Shown here in pieces: positions 17,999 to 31,068 of a DNA stretch of 64,000 nucleotides. Every line of letters starts with the position of its first letter. Within the stretch, counting starts at the first letter, position 1. The notes below the pieces were generated by a model that was given only the letters and a program-made list of their open reading frames with translations, ran no database searches and was not told where the DNA came from. Position numbers and translations under genes: made by a program. The stretch lies in assembly GCF_056712565.1 (NCBI RefSeq), contig NZ_CM160072.1; one strand, 5' to 3'.

Positions 17999-18326
17999 AT
18001 GCATAAGCCCTATCCCTGGTCACCGTCTTCCATTGACCACATCGATAGAATCCTCCTTCATAGCACGATGCTTTTCACTTATCGACATCGTGCTCGCACA
18101 GGTTCCGGTTACGCACAGCCAGAACGCGCATGTTTGACGCTTACCAAAAAATGAACCTAAAGCATTGGAACATTTTTGACATCATTTTCTGATGGCTGCA
18201 TAAAATAAAAATTCTGCTTTAGTTTCATCTATCTGTTTGTCATTATTACTCACATTCAATAATGGTGTTGAAGAATATCCCATCACAGATAAAATAAATA
18301 TGTGCATGGTAGTCTTGAATCTATTC

Positions 18327-18644
18327 TCACTCTCCACATTTGAATGTCAGACGAGCGACGCCATGTAATCCTGCACCTTCTGTCTTCAGGTCAACTATCT
18401 GCATTTTTTTGCCCTGAGTAACACAGAAATGAACTGCATCATTTTTTACTATATTTTCTGCACCAGATATTCTACCCCTGGCTAAAGAAGCTTCGGCTTC
18501 GGTGTAGTATTGGTTATCGAGTTTACGCTGAATATTACTTTTATATGCAAGACCAAATTTACCGATACTTGTCTCATCATTATGTACAGCACACCCAGAC
18601 ATAAGAAAAACACTAATTAATGATATAGCAGCTATCTTTTTCAT
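18327..18644 (-). CDS. yegR: Lipoprotein YegR
   Basis: 105 aa from ATG 18644 with SD; signal peptide and lipobox MSGC. Confidence 0.6.
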   Translation of the reverse strand: MKKIAAISLISVFLMSGCAVHNDETSIGKFGLAYKSNIQRKLDNQYYTEAEASLARGRISGAENIVKNDAVHFCVTQGKKMQIVDLKTEGAGLHGVARLTFKCGE

Positions 18645-19059
18645 CTCACCTTCCCCCATTAAATACCAACGACACTCTCTAGTGTTTAAATATAATAATG
18701 GCATGATTATTATAATTGAATAGGATTATAATAAATGTTCTGTACAACATTTCCTACATAAGTAGGAATTACAGACATGGTGGCCCTTCCGGGTAACCCT
18801 ATGGGGGGCTTAAATATATTTTGAATAGTATATTTAAGATGCCACTATTTAGTTGAATATTAGATATTTGCTCTTTTTTCAAATTTACTGGTGGCTACCG
18901 TTAATATTCGCTGTTCCCATTGCAAGCTCCTGGTGGTAACCACTGAATCCTCCATACTTGAACTGACTTTTTATCCTCCGACTTTCATCCTGTTCTGACT
19001 CCACCTTTTCTTTTCTGCTCTACACTATCTACAGACCAATCATAAAGGCACATACGATC

Positions 19060-19959
19060 ATGGCAGAATTTCCCGCCAGCTTACTGATTCTTAATGGCAA
19101 AAGTACTGACAATCTACCCTTGCGCGAAGCAATTATGCTGTTGCGTGAGGAAGGAATGACGATCCATGTGCGGGTCACCTGGGAGAAAGGCGATGCCGCA
19201 CGATATGTAGAGGAGGCACGGAAGTTGGGCGTCGCAACGGTGATTGCCGGTGGTGGCGATGGCACCATTAATGAAGTTTCTACGGCGTTGATTCAGTGTG
19301 AGGGGGATGACATACCCGCGCTGGGAATTTTACCATTAGGAACCGCCAATGATTTTGCCACCAGTGTAGGGATTCCTGAGGCACTGGATAAGGCGCTGAA
19401 ACTGGCAATTGCCGGTAACGCCATTGCGATAGATATGGCGCAGGTCAATAAACAAACCTGTTTTATTAATATGGCGACAGGCGGATTTGGGACGCGTATT
19501 ACCACAGAAACGCCGGAAAAATTAAAAGCCGCGCTGGGTGGCGTCTCTTACATCATTCATGGCTTAATGCGCATGGATACTCTGCAACCGGACCGTTGTG
19601 AGATCCGCGGTGAAAACTTTCACTGGCAAGGTGACGCCCTGGTCATTGGTATTGGTAACGGGCGTCAGGCCGGTGGCGGTCAACAATTGTGCCCGAACGC
19701 ATTAATTAACGATGGCTTGCTGCAACTGCGCATTTTTACCGGCGATGAAATTATTCCGACTCTCGTATCAACCTTAAAATCTGACGAAGATAACCCGAAT
19801 ATTATCGAAGGTGCTTCGTCGTGGTTTGATATACAAGCCCCACACGAAATCACTTTTAATCTTGATGGCGAACCGTTGAGTGGGCAAAACTTCCATATTG
19901 AAATACTTCCGGCGGCGTTGCGTTGTCGATTACCACCAGATTGTCCATTGTTGCGTTAA
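19060..19959 (+). CDS. yegS: Lipid kinase YegS
   Basis: 299 aa with DAG-kinase-like GGDGT motif. Confidence 0.9.
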   Translation: MAEFPASLLILNGKSTDNLPLREAIMLLREEGMTIHVRVTWEKGDAARYVEEARKLGVATVIAGGGDGTINEVSTALIQCEGDDIPALGILPLGTANDFATSVGIPEALDKALKLAIAGNAIAIDMAQVNKQTCFINMATGGFGTRITTETPEKLKAALGGVSYIIHGLMRMDTLQPDRCEIRGENFHWQGDALVIGIGNGRQAGGGQQLCPNALINDGLLQLRIFTGDEIIPTLVSTLKSDEDNPNIIEGASSWFDIQAPHEITFNLDGEPLSGQNFHIEILPAALRCRLPPDCPLLR

Positions 19960-19997
19960 TAAAACTATTCTCTGTTGAACCAGAGAGAATCCGTAAT

Positions 19998-20031
19998 GCC
20001 GGATGCGGTGTAAACACCTCATCCGGCATAC
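19998..20031. repeat. REP (repetitive extragenic palindrome) element
   Basis: gccggatgcggtgtaaacacctcatccggcatac between convergent yegS and gatR. Confidence 0.5.
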
Positions 20032-20040
20032 AGAACAATA

Positions 20041-20820
20041 CTACACCGTAATTAATTTTACCCGTGTCTTCTGCAATGCCAGTTTATCCACCTCAGACAC
20101 AGCATCATCGGTAATAATAATGTCAATTTTTTCGATTGGCAGTACCTGATTAAAACCGCGACGGTTAAATTTCGATGAATCGAGAACGGCAATCACTTTA
20201 TTCGCCGCTGTCACCATCGCACCGCTAACGGAATAACCTTCATTAAAGGTCGTAATACCATTAACCGCATCAATACCATCAGCACCGACAAACATTAAAT
20301 CGGCATTAATATCCTGCAGGGAACGTTCAGCAATAGATCCATGCATAGATCGCGTTTTATGGCGGACCGTGCCACCGCAGACGACCAGAGTAATGTCTTT
20401 ATTTTCGGAAAGGGCAAACGCCGCCGGGAGACTGTTGGTAATCACCGTGATATTTTTGGCGGTCATTAAACCTTCGGCGATAAGCATTGTGGTACTTCCG
20501 CTGTCGAGAATAACGGTCATCCCTTCGTGGATCATTTTGACTGCCGCCTGCGCTATTCTGTTTTTTGGCGCACTGGCGAGCTGAAATCGCTCTTTAAACC
20601 CAACTTCCTGGGTCTCGGTTTCACTATTACCGGACATTATTTTCGCCGCACCGCCATGAAAGCGCGTAACCACGCCTTTTTGTTCGAGAAAGCGCAAATC
20701 GGCACGGATTGTCGCTTCCGAGGCAGCAAATACTCCCGCCAGATCCTGAACAAGCACGGTTCCCTGTTCATTCACTAATTGGATGATCTTATTCCTTCGC
20801 TCGAATGAATTCATCGTCAT
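20041..20820 (-). CDS. gatR: DeoR-family galactitol operon repressor GatR (intact)
   Basis: 259-aa uninterrupted ORF upstream of the gat operon. Confidence 0.85.
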   Translation of the reverse strand: MTMNSFERRNKIIQLVNEQGTVLVQDLAGVFAASEATIRADLRFLEQKGVVTRFHGGAAKIMSGNSETETQEVGFKERFQLASAPKNRIAQAAVKMIHEGMTVILDSGSTTMLIAEGLMTAKNITVITNSLPAAFALSENKDITLVVCGGTVRHKTRSMHGSIAERSLQDINADLMFVGADGIDAVNGITTFNEGYSVSGAMVTAANKVIAVLDSSKFNRRGFNQVLPIEKIDIIITDDAVSEVDKLALQKTRVKLITV

Positions 20821-20919
20821 TTACCCATATTCAATTGTGGCTAGTGTAAACGAAGGGGGACCATTGGTGAATGATCTGTTTTGCACAATACCGGGCCAGC
20901 ATCACGCTGGCCCGCGGTT

Positions 20920-21960
20920 TCAGGGAATGAGCAACACTTTGCCCGGCATAGCATTACGAGCGATGTCACGCACCGCCTGGGCGAAGCTTTCAAAGCTTCC
21001 ACGGTGAGCGATTAATGGCTCCAGGCTTAACTTACGTTCTGTCAGCAACCGGCTCGCCGTTTCCCACTCCTGCCCCGGCCAAGGGCTGGAGTAGTTCATC
21101 CAACTGCCGATAACCGTCAGCTCTTTACGTAATATTTTGCCAAACGTTGTCGATGTTAAATGCAGATCCTGATGCAACGTGCCCACCAGCGCCAGCTGGG
21201 CATGAGGCCCGGCAATCTCTACCGCCAGTTCGACAGTTTGCGGGACGCCAGCCGTCTCGAGGATAAGCTGATTAAAGCGCAGCTCGCGTAAAACGCCCTG
21301 CATTTGCGGCGCGCTCATTTCAAGGCTGTTAAATGTTTGCATCGCACCGAAAGATTTTGCCAGTGCCAGTTTTTCTGAGCTAATGTCGATAGCCGTCACA
21401 CTCTTTGCTCCCAGCGCGACAGCGCACTGAATAGCCAGCAGGCCAATGGTTCCGGCACCAATAATAATAACGTTTTTATTCTCACAACCTTGCGCTAAAT
21501 GAAAAGCATGCAGGCCAACGGTAATCGGCTCAATAAAAGCCCCATCCTCAATAGGCATATCCGTGGGTAGAGCAAAGACATTTTTTCGCTTAACGACAAT
21601 ATATTCAGCAAGTCCACCATCACGCCGCGAGCCAATAAAATCATATTTTGCGCACTGGGAATAAAACCCTTTCAAACACTCTGGACAAGTAAAACAGGGT
21701 AATAACGGCACACAGGCAACCACATCGCCAGGGTGTAAATCATCAACACCGGATCCCACCGCATCAATATAGCCGCTAAATTCATGACCTAACGTTATTG
21801 GATAATAATGTGCACCATTTTTAAATATCCTGGGTAAATCGGAACCACATAAGCCCGAGCTGGCAATTTTTACCCGCACCTCATCCTGATGTTTAATTTC
21901 AGGAATGACGCTTTCTGCAACGCGCACGATACCATCAGTATCATTCACCACTGATTTCAT
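20920..21960 (-). CDS. gatD: Galactitol-1-phosphate 5-dehydrogenase
   Basis: 346 aa Zn-dependent MDR dehydrogenase; gat operon position. Confidence 0.9.
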   Translation of the reverse strand: MKSVVNDTDGIVRVAESVIPEIKHQDEVRVKIASSGLCGSDLPRIFKNGAHYYPITLGHEFSGYIDAVGSGVDDLHPGDVVACVPLLPCFTCPECLKGFYSQCAKYDFIGSRRDGGLAEYIVVKRKNVFALPTDMPIEDGAFIEPITVGLHAFHLAQGCENKNVIIIGAGTIGLLAIQCAVALGAKSVTAIDISSEKLALAKSFGAMQTFNSLEMSAPQMQGVLRELRFNQLILETAGVPQTVELAVEIAGPHAQLALVGTLHQDLHLTSTTFGKILRKELTVIGSWMNYSSPWPGQEWETASRLLTERKLSLEPLIAHRGSFESFAQAVRDIARNAMPGKVLLIP

Positions 21961-22007
21961 AAAAACTCCTGATTATTAAGGGGGATAACCTCCCCCTCAG
22001 GTAAAAA

Positions 22008-23363
22008 TTATTCTGCGAGAACGGCTTTCTCTTGTTTAATAAAGCCACGCGCTCTACGCCAGGTCATGAAAATACCGGTAAGATAAATGGCACCGATAAT
22101 AATGAAACCGGGAATATTTTGCGGGGAGAAAACCTGAATCAGTAACCAGGTAATGGGAGAACCGCCCTGATCCATTGAAGCCACCATGCCCCCGGCTTTT
22201 AACGCCCCAGCATTAGCCGCCAGTTGGGTGTGCAAACCAATAGTTTGCGTCGCGATCCACAGGGTGATGCTCATAATGATGACACCCGAGATTAAGGTGC
22301 GGAACAGATTTCCACGATGCACGGCAACTGCCATCGCCACAAAGAAGCCGATAGTTGCAAGATCGCCAAACGGCAGCACCTGATTACCCGGAACACAAAC
22401 AGCAATTAAAATGGTGAGAGGGATAAAAATCAGGCTTGCCGATACCACCGCCGTATGCCCCAGCAGCAACGCCGGATCAAGGCCAATCAGGAACTCCTGA
22501 CCGCCGAACTTCGCCTGTAAACGACTACGGGCCTGCTTAGCGATGGGCGTTAAACCATCCATGATGGGTTTAATCACCCGTGGCATCAGCAGCATAACTG
22601 CCGCCGTTTTTACCGCCAGCTGCAATACACCTTTGACATCGTAACCCGCGAGGATGCCGGTAATCAGCCCCATCACAAAGCCCACGGTGACAGGTTCGCC
22701 AAATGGGCCAAATTTGCGCTGAATATCGTCGGCGCTAAATTTAATACGGTTAACGCCTGGGATTTTCTCGATGATAGCATCCACCAGCACCGCAATTGGC
22801 CCCAGATACGCCGACGTACCGTGCGGAATAGCAATGCCTTCCAGCTCAAAGAAATTTCGAGTATCGCGGGCAAACCAGTCGCCGAGCTTATAAACAAACG
22901 CCGCGTGAATTACCACACCCGCCATCCCTATCATCCATGAACCGGTTGCCAGATGCAGCAATGCGCCGGTGAAGGTCATATGCCAGATATTCCAGATATC
23001 AACATTTACCACCCGCGTCATACGGGTCAGTAGCATCGCCACGTTAACCAGAATCGCAATCGGAATCGCCACCAGCGCAATTTGCGACGCCCAGGTCATT
23101 GGTGAAGAGCCCGGCCAACCGACATCGACCACATGCAGATTCAGGTCAAAATTTTCCGCCATCGCTTTCGCCGCCGGGCCAATGGAATCCAGCATTAAGC
23201 CAATCACAAGGCCAATACCAACAAAGCCAATCCCGATATGCAGACCTGCTTTAAAGCAATCGCCTGCCTTCATGCCTAATATTTTAGAAAAAATAATGAT
23301 GACAATCGGCAGCATCACCGTAGGGCCGAGGTCGAGAATATAACGCATGACTTCTGAAAACAT
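22008..23363 (-). CDS. gatC: PTS galactitol-specific EIIC
   Basis: 451 aa polytopic membrane protein. Confidence 0.9.
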   Translation of the reverse strand: MFSEVMRYILDLGPTVMLPIVIIIFSKILGMKAGDCFKAGLHIGIGFVGIGLVIGLMLDSIGPAAKAMAENFDLNLHVVDVGWPGSSPMTWASQIALVAIPIAILVNVAMLLTRMTRVVNVDIWNIWHMTFTGALLHLATGSWMIGMAGVVIHAAFVYKLGDWFARDTRNFFELEGIAIPHGTSAYLGPIAVLVDAIIEKIPGVNRIKFSADDIQRKFGPFGEPVTVGFVMGLITGILAGYDVKGVLQLAVKTAAVMLLMPRVIKPIMDGLTPIAKQARSRLQAKFGGQEFLIGLDPALLLGHTAVVSASLIFIPLTILIAVCVPGNQVLPFGDLATIGFFVAMAVAVHRGNLFRTLISGVIIMSITLWIATQTIGLHTQLAANAGALKAGGMVASMDQGGSPITWLLIQVFSPQNIPGFIIIGAIYLTGIFMTWRRARGFIKQEKAVLAE

Positions 23364-23366
23364 AGG

Positions 23367-23651
23367 TCACCCCTGTAAGATAGTCAGAATTTTATTTTGT
23401 AATGCTTCGATACCGACACCAGAAACAAAAGGCATGCCGTGAACTAACGGAATATTGCCAAAACTACGATCCACCCTGGCAGTGGTGCATATCAAATGCA
23501 CGCCATCCATATAGGTTTCTATTTCATTAACCCGACACTGGATTAATTCAACAGGAATATTATGACTCTGACACAACTCTTTAATTTCTTCCGCCGCCAT
23601 CGTAGAGGTCGCAACCGCGCCTCCGCAAGCGACAATAATTTTGCGTTTCAT
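23367..23651 (-). CDS. gatB: PTS galactitol-specific EIIB
   Basis: 94 aa. Confidence 0.9.
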   Translation of the reverse strand: MKRKIIVACGGAVATSTMAAEEIKELCQSHNIPVELIQCRVNEIETYMDGVHLICTTARVDRSFGNIPLVHGMPFVSGVGIEALQNKILTILQG

Positions 23652-23681
23652 AAATAGTCCTTTTTATTGTTACAGAGGGAT

Positions 23682-24134
23682 TTATTCGTCTGAATCTAAA
23701 ACATACTTTGTGAAGTATTCCTTTAACTGGGTTTCAGGAAGAGTGATTAGTGTCTCGACGATATCGGGCTGTTGTAACTTGCCAAATAAACAGCGTAAAA
23801 GTTTCAATTGCTGCTGCGGATTTTCCACAATCAACGCAATAACCAACGATACCGCCACGTCGTTATCATCATCCGCTTGCTGAAAATGAACTTTATTTGT
23901 TGGCCTTAACAGATAAATGGCTGACGACTTAGCATGAATCGCCTCACAATGCGGTATTGCAATGGCGTGCTGCTGAAGCATTATCCCGGTAGGGAATTCT
24001 GCTTCTCTGGTAATTAATGCCTGTGGCCAGGTATCATGAACCACACCTTTCGCGAGCATCTCATTACCGATATGGGTTAAAACTTCGCTACGATCGACAA
24101 AAGAAATTCCGCTACGAACAAACAGGTTAGTCAT
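23682..24134 (-). CDS. gatA: PTS galactitol-specific EIIA
   Basis: 150 aa. Confidence 0.9.
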   Translation of the reverse strand: MTNLFVRSGISFVDRSEVLTHIGNEMLAKGVVHDTWPQALITREAEFPTGIMLQQHAIAIPHCEAIHAKSSAIYLLRPTNKVHFQQADDDNDVAVSLVIALIVENPQQQLKLLRCLFGKLQQPDIVETLITLPETQLKEYFTKYVLDSDE

Positions 24135-24143
24135 ATACCGTCC

Positions 24144-26301
<2,158 letters not shown>

Positions 26302-26403
26302 TCATTTATTTTCGATTTCAAAACATAATGAAATTATTTGTTTTTAAATGTCGCGATAACGATCACAAAAACGACAATATGAAAATCAATCCAGGAATGA
26401 AAG

Positions 26404-26434
26404 GCAAAAAAAACGGCCTCCCGGGGGAAGCCGT
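26404..26434 (-). terminator. Rho-independent terminator downstream of fbaB
   Basis: Hairpin acggcctcccgggggaagccgt; on minus strand followed by a run of 8 T. Confidence 0.5.
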
Positions 26435-26456
26435 AACAAAGTACGCGTGGTTTTAT

Positions 26457-26490
26457 GCCGGATGTGGCGTTAACGCCTTTTCCGGCCTAC
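26457..26490. repeat. REP element
   Basis: gccggatgtggcgttaacgccttttccggcctac. Confidence 0.5.
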
Positions 26491-26517
26491 GGGGTAGTGC
26501 TGTTCGTATGAAGCGCA

Positions 26518-27570
26518 TCAGGCGATAGTAATTTTGCTATCGAGATAAACGTCCTGCACGGCGTTAATCAGTTTCACGCCGTCAGCCATCGATTTCTTGA
26601 ACGCCTTACGTCCAAGAATCAGCCCCATTCCGCCTGCGCGTTTGTTGATAACCGCAGTACGCACTGCATCGCTGAGGTCAGTTTCACCGCCTGCAGCACC
26701 GCCGGAGTTTATCAACCCGGCCCGGCCCATATAGCAGTTAGCTAACTGATAACGCACCAGGTCAATCGGGTTTTCGCTGGTCAACTTGCTGTACACTCGA
26801 TCGTCGGTATAACCGTAATTAATCGCTTTATAGCCGCCGTTATTTTCCGCCATTTTTTGTTTGACGATATCTGCACCTATGGTTGCCGCCAGATGGTTCG
26901 CCTGACCGGTCAGGTCGGCGGAAACATGGTAATCAACGCCATCTTTTTTAAAGGCGGAGTTACGCAAATAGGCCCACAGCACTGTCACCATGCCCAGCTC
27001 GTGCGCACGTTCAAAAGCCGCAGAAATTTCTTCAATCTGGCGACGTGACTCTTCCGAGCCAAAATAGATAGTCGCACCAACGGCCACCGCGCCCATATTG
27101 AACGCCTGCTCCACGCTGGCATACAGCGTTTGATCGTAGGTATTCGGGTAACTTAGCGTCTCGTTGTGATTAAGTTTGACGAGAAATGGGATGCGATGCG
27201 CGTAGCGCCGCGATACCGATGCCAGCACGCCGTAAGTTGACGCCACACAGTTACAGCCCGCTTCGATCGCCAGTTCAACAATGTTTTTCGGGTCAAAGTA
27301 GAGCGGGTTAGCGGCAAATGAAGCTCCGGCAGAGTGCTCAACGCCCTGGTCAACCGGCAGAATAGAAAGATATCCTGTGCCAGCCAGACGCCCGGTGTTG
27401 TACAACGTCTGCATATTACGTAACACCGCTGGCGGGCGATTATTGTCAATCATCACGCGGTCTACGTAGTCATGTCCGGGGAGATAAAGCTGGTCAGAAG
27501 GAATAGTCATACAACGGTGCTGTAAAAGGTTGTCGGCGTCTTTGCCAAGCAACTGCGCAATATCTGTCAT
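26518..27570 (-). CDS. fbaB: Fructose-bisphosphate aldolase class I
   Basis: 350 aa from ATG 27570 ([20 protein letters not shown]...). Confidence 0.9.
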
Positions 27571-27827
27571 TACTATGCTCCCGTAAATTCCGATTGGATA
27601 TCGGCTATGGATTGTCCTGGCCCGCCTTTTGCGGGCAATCATAATCCTGGTCGTTACGGGCGAGTTTTTCCATCTTTTGGATGTTTTTTCAGCGTTTTCT
27701 GTTGGCTCGATTCATCAGAAAAAATGTTACCGCGGTCAAGTTTTCACCGCAAAAGGTATTTAAAAGGTATTACTAAGTGGTATTGTCATCGCGTACCTTA
27801 CATTACCTGTCATGAAGGAATTAAAAG

Positions 27828-29105
27828 ATGAAAACAACAGCAAAGCTGTCGTTCATGATGTTTGTTGAATGGTTTATCTGGGGCGCGTGGTTTGTGCCAT
27901 TGTGGTTGTGGTTAAGTAAAAGCGGTTTTAGTGCCGGAGAAATTGGCTGGTCGTATGCCTGTACCGCCATTGCGGCGATCCTGTCGCCGATTCTGGTTGG
28001 CTCCATCACTGACCGCTTTTTCTCGGCGCAGAAAGTGCTGGCGGTATTGATGTTCGCTGGTGCGGTGCTGATGTATTTCGCCGCGCAACAGACCACTTTT
28101 GCCGGGTTCTTCCCGTTACTGCTGGCCTACTCGCTAACCTATATGCCGACCATTGCGCTGACTAACAGTATCGCTTTTGCCAACGTGCCGGATGTGGAGC
28201 GTGATTTCCCGCGCATTCGTGTGATGGGCACTATCGGCTGGATTGCCTCTGGTCTGGCATGTGGTTTCTTGCCGCAAATGCTGGGGTATGCCGATATCTC
28301 ACCGACGAACATCCCGCTGCTGATTACTGCCGGAAGTTCTGCTCTGCTTGGTGTGTTTGCATTTTTCCTGCCCGACACACCGCCAAAAAGCACCGGCAAA
28401 ATGGATATTAAAGTCATGCTCGGCCTGGATGCGCTGATCCTGCTGCGCGATAAGAACTTCCTCGTCTTTTTCTTCTGTTCATTCCTGTTTGCGATGCCAC
28501 TGGCGTTCTATTACATCTTTGCCAACGGTTATCTGACCGAAGTTGGCATGAAAAACGCCACTGGCTGGATGACGCTCGGCCAGTTCTCTGAAATCTTCTT
28601 TATGCTGGCATTGCCGTTTTTCACCAAACGCTTTGGTATCAAAAAGGTATTATTGCTTGGTCTGGTCACCGCCGCGATCCGTTATGGCTTCTTTATTTAC
28701 GGCAGTGCGGATGAATATTTCACTTACGCTCTCTTGTTCCTCGGCATTTTGCTGCACGGCGTAAGTTACGATTTTTACTACGTTACCGCTTACATCTATG
28801 TCGATAAAAAAGCCCCCGTGCATATGCGTACTGCCGCGCAGGGGCTGATCACGCTCTGCTGCCAGGGCTTCGGCAGTTTGCTCGGCTATCGTCTTGGCGG
28901 TGTGATGATGGAAAAGATGTTCGCTTATCAGGAACCGGTAAACGGACTGACTTTCAACTGGGCCGGGATGTGGACTTTCGGCGCGGTGATGATTGCCATT
29001 ATCGCCGTGCTGTTCATGATTTTTTTCCGCGAATCCGACAACGAAATTACGGCTATCAAGGTCGATGATCGCGATATTGCGTTGACACAAGGGGAAGTTA
29101 AATGA
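27828..29105 (+). CDS. yegT: MFS nucleoside transporter family protein YegT
   Basis: 425 aa polytopic. Confidence 0.85.
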   Translation: MKTTAKLSFMMFVEWFIWGAWFVPLWLWLSKSGFSAGEIGWSYACTAIAAILSPILVGSITDRFFSAQKVLAVLMFAGAVLMYFAAQQTTFAGFFPLLLAYSLTYMPTIALTNSIAFANVPDVERDFPRIRVMGTIGWIASGLACGFLPQMLGYADISPTNIPLLITAGSSALLGVFAFFLPDTPPKSTGKMDIKVMLGLDALILLRDKNFLVFFFCSFLFAMPLAFYYIFANGYLTEVGMKNATGWMTLGQFSEIFFMLALPFFTKRFGIKKVLLLGLVTAAIRYGFFIYGSADEYFTYALLFLGILLHGVSYDFYYVTAYIYVDKKAPVHMRTAAQGLITLCCQGFGSLLGYRLGGVMMEKMFAYQEPVNGLTFNWAGMWTFGAVMIAIIAVLFMIFFRESDNEITAIKVDDRDIALTQGEVK

Positions 29106-30106
29106 AAACAGAACGTATTCTCGGTGCTCTTTATGGGCAGGCGTTAGGGGATGCGATGGGGATGCCCTCCGAGCTTTGGCCGCGCAGTCGCGTCAAAGCA
29201 CACTTTGGCTGGATTGACCGTTTTCTGCCTGGGCCAAAGGAGAATAACGCAGCCTGTTATTTTAACCGCGCCGAATTCACCGACGATACCTCGATGGCGC
29301 TGTGTCTGGCGGATGCGTTACTGGAACGTGAAGGCAAGATCGATCCGGATCTGATTGGGCGTAATATTCTCGACTGGGCGCTGCGTTTCGACGCCTTTAA
29401 CAAAAACGTACTAGGTCCGACCTCGAAGATTGCGCTTAACGCCATTCGCGACGGTAAACCCGTTGCTGAACTGGAAAATAACGGCGTGACCAACGGCGCA
29501 GCGATGCGCATCTCGCCATTAGGTTGTTTGCTTCCGGCGCGTGATGTTGATTCCTTTATTGATGATGTGGCGCTGGCCTCCAGCCCGACACATAAATCCG
29601 ATCTGGCGGTTGCGGGGGCGGTAGTCATCGCATGGGCGATTTCTCGTGCCATTGACGGAGAAAGCTGGTCAGCAATTGTTAATTCACTGCCTTCAATTGC
29701 GCGACATGCTCAACAAAAACGCATCACTACCTTCAGCGCCTCACTGGCTGCTCGTCTGGAGATTGCGCTGAAAATTGTGCGCAATGCTGACGGCACCGAA
29801 TCCGCCAGCGAACAGCTTTACCAGGTCGTTGGCGCAGGTACCAGCACTATTGAGTCCGTTCCGTGCGCCATTGCGCTGGTTGAACTGGCACAAACCGACC
29901 CGAACCGTTGCGCCGTCCTGTGCGCTAACCTTGGCGGCGACACAGACACCATCGGTGCTATGGCGACGGCAATTTGCGGCGCGTTGCATGGCGTTAACGC
30001 TATCGATCCTGCGTTAAAGGCGGAACTGGATGCAGTAAATCAGCTTGATTTCAACCGCTATGCCACGGCGCTGGCGAAGTATCGCCAACAACGGGAGGCG
30101 ATATGA
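29102..30106 (+). CDS. yegU: ADP-ribosylglycohydrolase family protein YegU
   Basis: 334 aa, overlapping stop/start with yegT and yegV. Confidence 0.85.
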   Translation: MKTERILGALYGQALGDAMGMPSELWPRSRVKAHFGWIDRFLPGPKENNAACYFNRAEFTDDTSMALCLADALLEREGKIDPDLIGRNILDWALRFDAFNKNVLGPTSKIALNAIRDGKPVAELENNGVTNGAAMRISPLGCLLPARDVDSFIDDVALASSPTHKSDLAVAGAVVIAWAISRAIDGESWSAIVNSLPSIARHAQQKRITTFSASLAARLEIALKIVRNADGTESASEQLYQVVGAGTSTIESVPCAIALVELAQTDPNRCAVLCANLGGDTDTIGAMATAICGALHGVNAIDPALKAELDAVNQLDFNRYATALAKYRQQREAI

Positions 30107-31068
30107 GCGGCGCTCGATTACACACGCTGCTGCCTGAATTAGCCACGCATCAGCCGGTGATGGTCGTCGGCGCGGCGGTCATTGATGTGATCGCCGACGC
30201 TTATGCCCTCCCCTGGCGTGGGTGCGATATCGAACTGAAACAGCAGAGCGTTAACGTTGGCGGCTGCGCCCTGAATATTGCCGTGGCATTAAAGCGCCTC
30301 GGCATCGAAGCGGGTAATGCCTTGCCGCTCGGTCAGGGGGTGTGGGCGGAGATTATTCGCAACCGCATGGCAAAAGAGGACTTAATCAGCCTGATCGATA
30401 ACGCCGAAGGTGATAACGGCTGGTGTCTGGCGCTGGTTGAGCCGGATGGCGAACGCACTTTTATGTCATTCAGCGGTGTGGAAAATCAATGGAATCGCCA
30501 GTGGCTGGCGCGATTAACCGTTGCGCCTGGCAGCCTGCTCTATTTTTCCGGTTATCAACTGGCCTCGCCCTGCGGCGAATTGTTAGTGGAATGGCTGGAA
30601 AAGCTACAAGACGTGACGCCGTTTATCGATTTTGGCCCACGTATTGGCGATATCCCGGATGCATTACTGGCGCGGATCATGGCCTGTCGACCTTTAGTGT
30701 CACTCAATCGTCAAGAGGCTGAGATTGCCGCCGAACGTTTTGCTTTATCCGCAGAGATAACAACACTTGGCAAGCAATGGCAGGAGAAATTTGCCGCGCC
30801 GTTGATCGTTCGCCTCGATAAAGAAGGCGCATGGTATTTCAGCAACGACGCTTCTGGCTGCATTCCGGCATTTCCAACGCAAGTTGTAGACACCATTGGG
30901 GCGGGCGACAGTCATGCCGGTGGCGTACTTGCCGGGCTGGCCTCTGGTCTGCCACTGGCGGATGCCGTATTACTGGGCAATGCAGTGGCGTCGTGGGTTG
31001 TCGGGCATCGGGGCGGTGATTGTGCGCCAACGCGCGAGGAACTACTCCTCGCACACAAAAACGTATAG
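30103..31068 (+). CDS. yegV: PfkB-family sugar/nucleoside kinase YegV
   Basis: 321 aa with GAGD motif. Confidence 0.85.
   Translation: MSGARLHTLLPELATHQPVMVVGAAVIDVIADAYALPWRGCDIELKQQSVNVGGCALNIAVALKRLGIEAGNALPLGQGVWAEIIRNRMAKEDLISLIDNAEGDNGWCLALVEPDGERTFMSFSGVENQWNRQWLARLTVAPGSLLYFSGYQLASPCGELLVEWLEKLQDVTPFIDFGPRIGDIPDALLARIMACRPLVSLNRQEAEIAAERFALSAEITTLGKQWQEKFAAPLIVRLDKEGAWYFSNDASGCIPAFPTQVVDTIGAGDSHAGGVLAGLASGLPLADAVLLGNAVASWVVGHRGGDCAPTREELLLAHKNV

Noticed and set aside
17909-18154. 81-aa plus-strand ORF downstream of int
   Set aside because: Spans the att core and the prophage-host junction; no SD; most likely non-coding attachment-site DNA.
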